64,000 nt of DNA from Chrysomallon squamiferum (Eukaryota > Animalia > Mollusca): NCBI GenBank assembly GCA_012295275.1, contig CM022665.1:13950001-14014000 (forward strand), written 5' to 3'. This document shows positions 15,101 to 28,600 of this stretch, in pieces. The notes under the pieces are model-generated. The model was not told the DNA's origin. It ran no database searches and saw nothing but the letters and a program-made list of their open reading frames with translations. Position 1 is the stretch's first letter, and every line of letters begins with the position of its first letter. The translations under genes were made by a program, and so were the position numbers.

Positions 15101-16649
15101 ACATCTAAAAGATTAACTTTCAGGACAATCATGATCTAAAGCTAATCCATTATCTTCAGAATCACTGAACACGATTCTACAGCTTTATCCACTGTTGGCC
15201 TTTTAGAATACCCATTTCCTAGACATTTTCACTTTTTATTTTTCATTTCTTAATTACTTATCTTAGGTCAAATGATATCTGAGACCAAAGTAACAGTCAA
15301 CTGAGGCAGGATAATTGCTCACAAACCAAGATATTGAGTTCAAAGAGATAACAATAAAAATTATACCCATTAATGGAACATTAAAAATAACCAAAACTTG
15401 TTTGGAAAAACACATGAAAGAATGTTTTAAGAATACCATACCAAAAACAAAATCTACTGAACGTAAGTGAAAATAATTAATATTCAAATAAATTAAACCA
15501 AATGTTCGATTAAAATAACCCCAAATCTGTAAGAAAATGGTGCTGAATGATTTTAAATATTTATTATTCAAAAACTATAACAATTTCACATGAAGTAAAA
15601 TTGAGATCCTTGTTAAAAAAGCAACACCAAGATTAATTCTGAAAGAGGTGAAAATAACCAACTAAATGTTACTGGACGACTACTTATCCATACTTACCCA
15701 TGCTCACTTTAGTAGCAGTAAATAAAAAGTTAAACCAATTTTAATTAAAACAAAAACTAAAAAAAAAAATATATATAAACAGTTATTACCAGATTTCCCA
15801 AAGTTTTCATTTGGATACATTTTTGTTTATCATTGATAGATCATTTGAAAACATTGAAATATAATAGTCTGTAACAAAAATTGTAATAAAAAATATATAT
15901 ATATATATGTATGTATGTATATATGTTTTTTTATTACCAATAAAACAGTAAAGGGTTATAAACTCAACTTTGAAAAAAAAACCTGAGAATTGTTAAGAAC
16001 AATAAATTCACAAATGGAAAATAAGCATCATTTTTTATATTTTCCTGAATAACATCCTAATTATAATATAAATTGAAAAAAAAAAAAAAAGCATTTCTCT
16101 GAAAATCTCAAATCTTATAATAAAATTATCTTAATAATAAACAAATTACAAAAAATAAAACATTTGGAAGAAATGGATATAAAACTAAAAAATAACTGTA
16201 GCAGTTCAATTTCTTGTTGCAGATAAACTAACAAATATACAGAATCATCTTAAAATAAAAAAATAAAAAAAAATCTTACAATTTTTTGGTCCTGATATCA
16301 GGTTCTGGTGAAACTTGAAAGGCTGGAAGATGAATCACTCCTTCAGCTTTTAATTCCTTTAAAAAAAAAAAAAATTACCTTACTTATTACTTCAATTTAA
16401 TTTTAATATTATTATTATCACAGTTTTGTTTCTCCTGTAGCTTTTTGTCTCAATGTTATTTCATGTAAAAGACTGATTTACAAAGCATTTTCTGACTTTA
16501 GATTAATTAACAGAACATTTTTATATATTCTGTAAAAAGGCAACAAACACATAGAAACTGACAAATTTTCATCTACATTCTGAAACTAGGAACAAGGACA
16601 TAAACAACACAAAGCACTAAAACACACCTAAGAGATTTATAATTTAAAA

Positions 16650-16690
<41 letters not shown>

Positions 16691-19600
16691 GTTTATTTGT
16701 TTTTTGTGTTCCCTTCCCTCTCTTGACACACTACTTACATCCTGATTTTTGAAGTAGAAAAGATTGTTATTCTTCAGAACACACCATCTCTTCACCCAAT
16801 GTCTGGTCAGAGGACCTCTGTAATTCATCTTTCTTTTGTACAGCCAGCCCTCACAGTCACCTCTACCAAGATCTTTACAAGATACTCTACGATCTGCAGT
16901 AAACAACGGTATAAATAATGACTTGGTCTATATATTATATATGTACCCACACCACTGTCTACTATATTAGAAATGAAAATCAGTATTATAATAATCAGTA
17001 TTATTATGGAGGCAGTTTTCATCTCACAGACCCATGAGAAAGTCCTTGAGATTTCCAATGGTTTGCACTTTGGGAACTGAATCCATATATTAATAAATAA
17101 AAATACAATTTATAAGAACAAACTACCACTTCAGTTAATAATTAGTACAAGGAGTCCTTAAAAAAAGCTTTAATAAAAACGGCAGTATTAGAATCTATCT
17201 TACTGATTTGTCGATTTCCTGACTTTTGTCGTCTCTGGACTGTTACAGGTGACTGAAATAAAGAAACACAATGATCTTTAGATCTTGTTTTCCATATAGT
17301 TAGTAGAATAGTAAACATACAAAACCTAATATTTTGTCAAATGTAAATTATTTCTGATTCTTGTTTATGTCTGCTATGAATTTTTGTAATCCTAGGTAGT
17401 TATTGATTTGCTTAATATTTACTACTGGTTCTAGTCTTAATAAGGTTAAAATATATAAAAATAAAATGTTAATTACTTGAGGCCAGTTATATAAACTATA
17501 AAAAAACAAAATAAAATAATAAAATATCTCAGTAACAGTAAAAACTCACATCCATCTTATCTACTTTCTCTGCAGGAATCTTCTGAACAACTCCACCAGC
17601 AACTATGTGTGTAAAGCTGAAAACAAATTACGGAAACAGAAACTATTAATCCCATTTCAGAAAACTTATCATTTTTAAACTTTTTAAGCTTTTTGGTTTG
17701 TTGACTTACTTTTAATTATTTATATTTGTTAACTAATAAATATATATGTGTAATTAAAAAGACTTGCTATTTATGCTTTGGAGTATGTTGGAATTGAGTT
17801 AAACATACCTTTTTTGTTCTTTTTCACTTTCCTTTGTATCCTGAGTAAAGTCAACATGCTTTTTCTCAAGCTTAGAGTCATCCTCCTTTGGTTTATTCTG
17901 AAAATACATCGTTAAATGCTGAAATATGCACATACCAAATAGAAGACAATTGAATTAAACTGACTAAAAATCACTAATATGGTTTAAAATATCAATATGT
18001 ATGGTTTCGTGCATGATACAGAAGTATTGCCACTGGTTCAGCTTTTCTGTATTATTGTCTTTCTTCAGAACACTCCTTTTATCTTCAAAATTAAATTTAT
18101 CGTAACCATAATTGACCTTTACAAATAAAGAGAAAAGCAGAATATTAATTAATTTTTTACCTGTTCATAACAGGAAGAATTTATTCTCTTGATATATTTC
18201 AGGTGAGGTCGGTCATATGTGCTGTCAGTGGCTACTGTTTGAACCACTTGATTACTGGATGACCATGGGTTATCCATTGAACGATATAGGTTCTCTAGGA
18301 TCTGTGGTGTCGGTTTTGTCACTCGAAATTCCAATCCTTTTTGTTCAGGTATTTTTGCTTCTGTGCATACAATACAAAACAAAATAAATTTGAGAAAAGG
18401 AAGAGAAATACCAGCTGAAGACAATGAATTGTATTAACTTTTATCACTGGAAGATATCAAATAAACAAAGTTGTAGAATATTTAAAAACTAATTAAAATT
18501 AAAAGTGAAAAAAAAAAATACAACAACACTGAGTTAGAATCTTTAAAAAGCTTTCAATAATATTAATATTAAATTATACAACCTGAATGAATTTTTTTTT
18601 TTTTTGTTAAGAATTGAAAGATCTGTTTTATTTCACTGCTTTCATTATCAATTAAGTCTTTTATATAGACCACTGATATGAAATATATTTACTTTCAGAT
18701 GAATCTTCACAGGATGTTAAGTTCATCAATGTTTTTTCCTCACTAGATAAAGTTTTCTCTTCGGTGTTTTGTACCACAGTTTCTTTAAACTCTAGTGAGG
18801 CTTTTCCACTGTTGATCAGACTAATGTCTTTACTGTCTGGTGACGTTTTTACCCTATTTGATAACAATGTTTCTTTATTTTCAGGTTCATTTTTTTCACT
18901 GCTGGTTAAAGAAGTTTCTTTATTTTCTGGTGAAGGTTTTTCACTGTTGGTCAGAACAGATTCTTTAGTGCTTGGACTTGCTTCACAACTGAGAGACAAA
19001 TTCTCTTCACATTCAGAAGTTGGAGTATCTTCACTGCTTGGTAAAGGAGTTATTTCTATCTTCACTCCCTCTGAACCTGTGAATGTATTCCTCTCTCTTT
19101 TTAATGCTGCTGCTGCCAGAGCATTATCTGATGCTGCTAATGATGCTAGCACAGCTTCTCTCTCAGCAGCATTCACTGCCTGTGACTTTGGTCGTGGTGG
19201 ATCAAGGTCCTCTATAACCAGCGATGGACGTTCTAATATTGGGGATCCTCCACTGACTGTAGCCCTACGATATTTAGGATCAAGAGTCACAGGAAGAGTA
19301 AACTGAGGGGATTCAGATCCACTTCGGAAAACATCATTATCAGTGTCATTGCCATCAATAGGCTCCCTGAAATAAAAACATAAAATTAAACAATATTATG
19401 GAACTGTTTAATAATATTTATTAATATAAAAATTGTATGAATGTTTAATTGTAACCATAAAAATTTTAAATATTTATTTGTTTAATGACTCCTCAATATC
19501 AATGGTTGTCTTCTGTCAAGTGTATCTTTTTTTTCTTTTTAATCTTCTTTCTTCCTCCTTAATAACAATGCCAGCATAGTGTGACAGAACCTCTTTAGTG

Positions 19601-22600
19601 CCTCTTTGCCAGATGTGTTTTTAATCATAATTTTGTATTCTATCTAGTGAATTATATAATATTTTTATATGCCCATTTAAAGCAGAATGACTGCTACATT
19701 TTATATTAAGTATATTATTATATTACAGTAATATTTATTAAGTTATAATGTACAATCAAGTTTACAAATTCATATTTTTACGATTCTTCAATGTTTAGCT
19801 AATTAATGTCGGAATATGGGGGTAATTACAGACAAACTAAATAGCAGAGAGTATGCAGACATCCATGGGCTGTTTAGAAGCTATATTATATAACTAGGGG
19901 AAGTTCTGTTATTTTATAAACAAAGAAACACTGGGATTAACTAAGTCTTAATAAGCATTTAAATTGCAAAGTAAATTCAGAAAGTAGACGATGACCCATT
20001 ATATTTCTGTTGGATATTTTATAATGTTATTCTGTGTACTTATTTACACTTGAAAACTAAATAACAAACTAAGATAACCTATTTTAATAACTAAAAGCTT
20101 AGTTAGAAAGTTAACGTAACCAACTGGGCTTAATTAGAATAGTATTATCTATCAACTCTATTTGCCTTTGTATTGTATCATGAGAATATTACAATTAAAT
20201 TATATGTTACCACTGATGATTAATTTATGTAATACATAAAACAGTTACCCATATTCAATTCTTGTTTGTGTTATTATTCTCTAGTGGATACATTTATTAG
20301 TTTAAGCTGTCTCAGATCATCAATTTTTATGATTATCAGTCACTTATGACATTATATTGGCAGAGCATAATTCACTACTTTGAATATCCTTAATTCTTAA
20401 CTCAACTGCTTATCTAACAACTGTATAAATATGACAAGTCAGCTATGACTGTTTGAGGAAGTAACAGTATATCATAATCTTCTATTTAATCCACTTTAAG
20501 CTTGTGTACTGTGTAACATATCAGTTGCAAAATAAGTAATGGAGAAAAACATATTACTTAACACAAATACATTTTAGCCGAGTATTGTTTTTGTTGATTT
20601 TTGTGGGGGTTTTGTGTTGTATATATATTTCATACAACAGTAACCTAAATACATTTGACAACCATGTTTTCCTACCAGTTATGCAGATCAGACACTTTTT
20701 CAGGAAGTGGGCCATATGAAATCATGACTAATGATCAGATATGTCACACTACTGGTAAACATTACTTTCACTGAGACATTAGGCATGCCATTCTGCAAGC
20801 CCTGTAGTTTGACAATGGTTGACAGATCCTGGTATTAAAATAGCTATTTGACAATTCTATTTGTCCTTTTCTTTATGCTCAGACTGTTACAAGCATATAC
20901 ATACAAAATAAATGCACATGATAACAATACAGTATTTTACAATCTATTCTTATTACATGTTCATATTGTTTTCTGATGTTTGTATTTGGTATTTCATACA
21001 TCAGTGACCAGAATGAACAAGAGAGTTGTGTTCAAATAACTGAATTTGAATTGTCATTTAATCTGTCAATATAAATACCAACATTCTTTGTTGCCAGTAT
21101 AATTTGAGGTCAACATACCCAACAGAGAAACAATTCTGTTACTTTGTAACAGTAATGAACATCAACTTAAAAAAACTAAGACTGGAAAAAAAGACTGATT
21201 AGCTATATAACAATCAACTGCACAAATTACAAATACAGTTATTACAATTTACTAATAAACCAATAAAGGTTAAATGTACTAACATTATTTAACATGAACT
21301 AAAGAACATTGGACATTAACATAAGTACTTTCTAGCATTACAACATGTAAATTACACTTTAATTCATTATCTCTAGAAAGATGCAAATATAACAAAATGT
21401 ACCTGTATGCAGCCTCACCTTTATCTATATAATCCACGTCAACCTAGTTTTGCAAGCCCAACATTCAAGTTCAATCACAACTAAAAATAAACTACTTCCT
21501 GGTTCATTCACTAGAGGGAAGTAGTTAAGATAACATTCTGCTATCATTTGACAAACAGACATTTAAAACATTAACATTTTTACATAGTCATACCTGTCGT
21601 GATATATCTCTGTATCTAGTAACTATCAATAACAAAATCCAAGCCAATTTTTAGGCCTTATATGAAGGGTTTATTTACTTTTATAAAAATGTATTTCTTT
21701 ATTTTATAAAACAACTTAAATGTTAAATTATTTCCCCCACAGTATCAAAATATTCTTCATTATAATGTTCCTAATAGTTAGGGAATATTATCTTTCTACA
21801 TTTTCTAAAGAAAAATTAAATGTGCATATTTTATTATATCTGTTAAATATACTCATTGCACAGTCATTTCTATATAAAAAAAAATTAAATTATTTCTTAT
21901 ATTAAGTAGATTAATTAATTAATTTATTCATTTTACATCTGATTTTAATATTTTTGGTTACTTAGAATTATATCTATTTAATCATTCACAATTATTTTTA
22001 ATACTGAACTGATTTAACAAAATACTGTCTTTTAAAATATCTCTTCTTTAAATCTAAAATTATTTATAGAGTGTGCTACTAAATGAATCATTAAAATTTA
22101 TAGACACAAACTCCCAAATATGTATATATCTAAACAAACACACACACACACACACACATCCATAAACTTCTAAAGCAAAAAGCAAAAACACTTTTGAACC
22201 TACAATAATAATAATTTAAAAAATGTTTCTTCTTTTCATTTTCCTTTCTTTTTAAAAAAAATCAAATATCATATATTAATACAGAGTATAAATATATATA
22301 TATCAAGTTTATTAACTGCCATAGTTTTATTTATACTGTAAGTACCTATTGCATGATCTGATATATTATTTTATTTTCTATATAAGATTTTAGTGTATAA
22401 TTTTTATATATTTATAAATAATGAAAACAAACCTAAAAAATATCAGAAACAGAGAACACTCTTAGAATATTTAGACCTGAAGGATATACAAGATCACCCT
22501 TAAGAAGACGGTAAATATTTTCAAAACATTTCTTTTTAAGGATGACCTTTATAAAATGAACTTTCCTTCTAAAACAGAATTTTGCAGATAATCTATACTC

Positions 22601-25600
22601 AACATGTTTTACAGATTACCATCTAATTCAAAACAATTTGGAAGAAAAAAAAAACTGAATTTGTACATCATGTTTAATTAATGGACATTTCTGATGGACA
22701 CTGACCAAAATATGCCAGAGTATATGCCATACAGATTTTTTATTTTTTTTATTTTTTTTATTTAATGGTATTGTTAATATTTTCATAATTATCTTTTTCT
22801 TTATTTCTTTCTTCTTTTTTTTTTTTAAATTGTTATTCTTGTTCAGGAGACTGAAATATAATTACTATTAACATTAGGGTTTGCAAATTACTGATAAAAT
22901 ACAATACCGGTAAATTACCAAAAGATATTCTCAATACTGGTTTTCACCGGTTTTCACCAATTTTAGTTAGTTTGTGCATAGGAAAAGTTACTTATGGGTC
23001 TTTTGTGGACACTGTTATTTCTTACACTTACTCATTTTATTTATTATTTGACACTCATATGACAGCATTATTTATTATCCTTCTTTTGCTACCTATCTTC
23101 AGAACAAATCATGAAATGAACCTTTATAGAACTTAAAATGGGTACAAAAGGTATATAAGAAATGTACATGCATTAAAAAACCAAGAAGAAATGTGGATGC
23201 GAATTTTATAAAAAGGAAACAATGAAATTACGTTTATTATCCAAAATGTACTTCATATGTTTTGCAACTTTTGAGAAGTTCTTATTCATTTCTCGATACT
23301 CGAGAAGTATGACTTTAAAATAACAAAACATCTAGTGTCTTGGGCAACAACCAAGAAGCAGGAGCCAATCCCTTATCACTAGTTGCCAAAATTACTTAGG
23401 ATGGCATACATGTAAGCAATCAAATAGGTAAACATGGAATATTAAACAGAATTTTGATATCTGCTGTAATTTTGTTTTACTCTTTTATTATACCATATAT
23501 ACTTGTGTACAAGTCGATGTGTATTTTAAGACCAAAAATTGCGTCATTTTAGGTATTACTTGTGTATAAGTCGACTGTAGATTCCAGGCACCGTCACTAT
23601 TTTTAGACTAGTGTGACAGTGCCATGAAGGCCTACATTGTACGCCTACTGTAACATAACTTGCACGAGCTGTAACTTGCACGAACATACCATAATAACAT
23701 AAATGCATGTATTACACGAGCTATAGACTAAATGTATCATAAATAGTATCTCTTTAATGTAATAGGTCTAACATGGAGACCTAACTTACCGTTATATTTA
23801 GACATTCTATGATTTACAAAATTTGATGGTAGTGGATATTAATGACGATTGCAATATTATTTCACCAAATTCTTTACAATTAAACAAGTCAGTTTTGTTT
23901 GTGAAATTAGGACCAATATTTAGTGCAATTTGGCAGAGAAGTCTGCATTCCTAGATCATTGCAAGACGCCGTAAGGAATAACGCCGTACTGGCGGTTTTC
24001 TCGCTTTAAAATGTATTTTTATGTCATTAAACGGAAGAATATCATGTTTTACATTCATATTTGGTTTTGTTATTTAATTTTTCAAAATTTTTTATACGAT
24101 AAAATTATGTTTTTGAAAAGCTGAAAGACCGCAATTATTTTAGATGCATCCCGTAGCAAAAAATAGTCAAAATGGCGACTCTTCAGCAACAGCTACAAAA
24201 GCATTACCTACATATAAGTCGACCCCCAAAATATTACCTTAATATAGTCTCCCAAAAATTTGACTTATACACAAGTATATACGGTAATTGAAAAATTATA
24301 AATTTTCATCATCATCAATTTAATGTATTCCATTTATAATAATAGCAAATTCTACAATGCTAAATATTCTTAACATTTTTTGTTTTCAAAGGTCAGATTC
24401 AGAATCTTCATAATACATTTAATTGCAAATTGTTGTTAAATGAAATGAAATGAAATAATTTTGTTCTTACTTTTAGAGACAACCAGTATTTTGACACTGA
24501 AAACAGATTTATTTCACCTATTAAAAAAAGCCATACTGAATAATAATTTAGAAAATAATTAACTAAAAAAGATATTCTGATTTAAAAAAGGGGAAAAAAA
24601 GAAGACAAGAGTAAATCTGTATACTACTGACATCATTTTTCAGTTATTTTACTAATAAATATAGCAAAATAATAAAAATATATATTAAAAATAATAATAA
24701 AAAATAATTTTGGCATAAGTAACATTTGACAATGCAATGATGCATACTATTAATAACACACAAGTCTTAATGTTTAGTAAATTATATCTGCTATTTGTTT
24801 TCAGAAATTTTTATGGATAAACCATATCCTTCAGATTTATTTGTGATCTGCTATGGATAAAGAAGATGCATGTCATATGACCCTATCTTAAGTAATTGTG
24901 ACCCACCCTGAATTGCAGCATCAAAATTTCAAATTTGAAATACTGGATAACCTCATACAATATCCTTTCCAGTGATATATACAGATTATGCATATGTCTT
25001 GAAAAAATGGCAAAGATATGGCAATTTCTATTATCAGTTACAAAAATAACAGGTTATGTGGCATATGTCTCCTTTAGCCATAACAGGACACATATATAAG
25101 ACCAGTAGTTAGTAAAACGTATAAAATGAAATATGTGGCTTTCAACAAGAATCATAACATCTTGGAAAATATTGCAATAATTATGAAGATCTGATAACTA
25201 AATATACATCTACATTGTAACCAATTTGACTATTTTATCAATGAAAAATATGAAATGCTGAAAAAGAAAATGTACTGTGTTTGAAAATGAACCTGGTTGA
25301 TAAAATATTGTAAATGGTAATAAAACTGTTAAATGCAAACTTATCAATGCAGAGTACTTTGTTATTTTTAACAACATCAATTGTTCTAAAGTGAAAAAAA
25401 CACCTAAAGAACATTATCCTTTACAAAGTTTCAGTGAAAATAGGTTCATAAAAAGTAAAAATGTGTAATGCCTCAAAAAGTATTCCAGTATTAAACAATT
25501 CTCTCCAACAATTAAATAAATATTTATATATTCATTCCACCTTAAAAAACAAATATTAATAAAGAAAATAAAAATAATTACTTACTTGGCTTCCAGGTAT

Positions 25601-28600
25601 TCTCCAGAAAGTTTAGGCTTGCTTCCATATTCCTGTAATGAAGGGCGCTGCTGTTTAGCTTCACCATCTCGAGATCGTCTTTTCTTCAGCGATTTGGGTA
25701 AAGTAGCAGCCTGTGCATGTTGTTTGTTTAACTGTTTGCGTCTATTCGGAATATTTCCAAATGGACTGATGTGTCGTGGACGTTTTTTAAGTAACAGAAT
25801 AACCTCTTTGGGCTTCTCTTTCAAAGTCTCCACAAGTTTCTTCAACTGCCAGCCAAGCTGATGATAAAATGTTTTTAAATAATATTAATAACAATAAAAA
25901 CACTATGTTCTGATTTACTTAAATATATAGTAGAAACATTATTTTGTTTGTTTATATATGTTTGATTAATAAACAAGTTTTACTGTCTATTTGTATATAC
26001 TTCTATATGTTAAGGGTAATATGCATATATTATTTATTTGTTTAATCAATATAAGAAACAATATGAAATAAATTAAGTTTTAAAATGGAATAAGACTAGA
26101 AAATTAGTTTATATAAATACAACAATAATAAGAAAAGAAAAAGAAAAAAAAAAAAAAAAGATTTTTCACTTACCACTGTTTGGTTATTAACTTGAATAAG
26201 TTCATCTCCTTTTTCAATTTTTCTGCATAAATCAGCAGGTGACTGCAAAAAATTGGTATAAAAATAAATTAATAATGACACGTTTTTACAAAAATATTTC
26301 AAGTATTAAATGTTTGAAATCAAAGTAGACAGTTTGCTTTCACAGCTCAAAAACAAGATGAAGAGACAAAATTTTAATATCTGATGGTCAAGATAGCAGT
26401 TTTTGTGACCATCCTGTATAAACTGTAAGAAAAATAATAAATATTATTAAATTTTACTTACCAAATCTTTAATTCCACTTATGGAATGAGTTCCATAGTA
26501 TAGAGATAAGATATGTAGACCCTGGGAAAATGGGAAAAAAATAAAAAATAATAATAATAATAAAAGCTTATTTTAACATGTTTGGTTCAAAGAATTAAAT
26601 AATAATTTACCGATGTACAAGTTACATAACCCTAGTGTTTGCACCAAGTAGAATAATGTAATGCAAAACATACTGGTGCCATGTTGATAAACATTAAGTA
26701 TCTATATAGAAAAACATTTGAACAAATTATTTGATTACATTTATTATGCACAAAGTTGAAACAACTTATACGTGTGTGTGTGTGTGTGTCTTGTGATGAG
26801 CAATAAAAGAGGCATTTGCTATTAACTGAATGATATAAAATTGTTCAAATAAGGTTAGTGTTCACAGAACTGAGTGTAAGTTGCATCCCAATATTTAATA
26901 CTATATTTAGGTAAAAAAAAACAATAATAATAATAACAAAATTGGTTCTTATACTTTACTTAATATCATATTGAGCTATGTTCTAATGTTCTAAAATGAA
27001 ATAATTAAAACCAAATAGCTAATAGATGACATAAATTACAGAATTTAAAGCTGATTTTTCAGGATGAGAAGTAGCTCAATGTTATAATTAGAAATTGTAG
27101 ATATTATGATCTATCACGCCTCAAATTACAAACCTAACAGAGGGCTACAGCCAATTTGTTTTGTAGATTGAAAGAAGAACCTGTTACTTACCAGTTCTTC
27201 ACCTTGTTTCTTTCTGATGGTTGCAAGCTCTAAAGATGCTGGCTGAACAACTAGGGGTTCCTTGGAGTTCATTACCAACTCATCGCAAATTTCAGCTAAC
27301 TTGCGGCACTGCAAAAGAGTTTTATTTTAAATGAATGAATATATGCTTAACGAAGTGTTGATCAAATCAGAAATATTCTGTCTACAAAATAAATTTCCAC
27401 ACTAAGGGCCCTGTTTATAGTCAATAACAATCACAAAGATAATAAATGGGTTTCTAACTAATTAGAATTACTACAAGACAGTCTTTTCATTTAACAATTT
27501 AATATAGCTTACAGATTTTATGATATTCTCCTCCAGATCTGGATGAGGCTCTTTCTGCAACATGCTCCCCACATCCAGTCCTGTTTTCACAATGGTATTC
27601 CGGAGTAACACCATATCATATATGCCCTCAAAAGGTGCCCTATATTTAACAAAAATGTTATTACAAATTTAAAACAAAACTGAACTGCAAAGAAATCAAA
27701 ACAGAAAAATTACATTACAATTACATATAAATATATATTATCAAAAGATTTGGATAATCAGTTATTTTAAGATAATCCAGTTTAGCTATGTCTTCTTACT
27801 ATTCAGCTAGAATGTAATTTTTTATAGAAAAAGAAAAGGAAAATGTCCAGAAATTATATTTAACATTTAATATATTTAACGAAAAAGAAAATCATTTTTC
27901 AAATATTTTTAAACTTTTGAACAGACTGGATTTATGACTTTGATTTTAAGACTCAGTATCATTATGATATTCATGAATTATAATACCACAATCTAGTTAA
28001 ATTTATTTCAGTTATAATAAAAAATGTTAACAAAAAAAACATCTTTACTTGTCAAGCCATGAAACAAGTGCCTTGAGAGTCATCAATACATCTGTAGTTG
28101 CTGACAAGATGGAAACAGACCACTGTCTGTTGCGGTGTGCATGGTGAGACACATTGGCAACATTCTTATCATTCTCTCCAGTATTCGCTTGGATCATGTT
28201 GTGAAGACTTCGAGCTTTACATCCTAGCTGCAGTGCCAAGTGTTGTAGATTTTCAGTTTCATAGCCATACCGCTGTGAAAATAAACAGCATAACTAATAA
28301 AACATAACCATTTATTCAATAAATTTTACTGAAAAGCATTTTGTTAAAATAACTTAAAAATAAGTTTTAGTTAGAAGTCACTTAAAAAGGAAATGAAAAA
28401 TGTCAAAGTCAATGAATAAAAGAAATCTTACCAATTTTTGTTATTAATTAACTTTGACAGCCTTTTTCCTAATTATAACAAATAAAAATAAAATATGAAA
28501 TTTATGAACTGAAATAATATGATGTATTAACATAAACTAATCTCAAGAAATAAATAAATCATATCTTGGAAGAATACAAAGTTATTTATAAACATCTTTT

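Noticed and set aside
18764-19306. 180-aa + strand ORF antisense to CNK exon 9 (similarly 25586-25861, 35152-35445, 36358-36651)
   Set aside because: Shadow frames of real exons; L/S/F-rich mirror composition, no splice or homology support.
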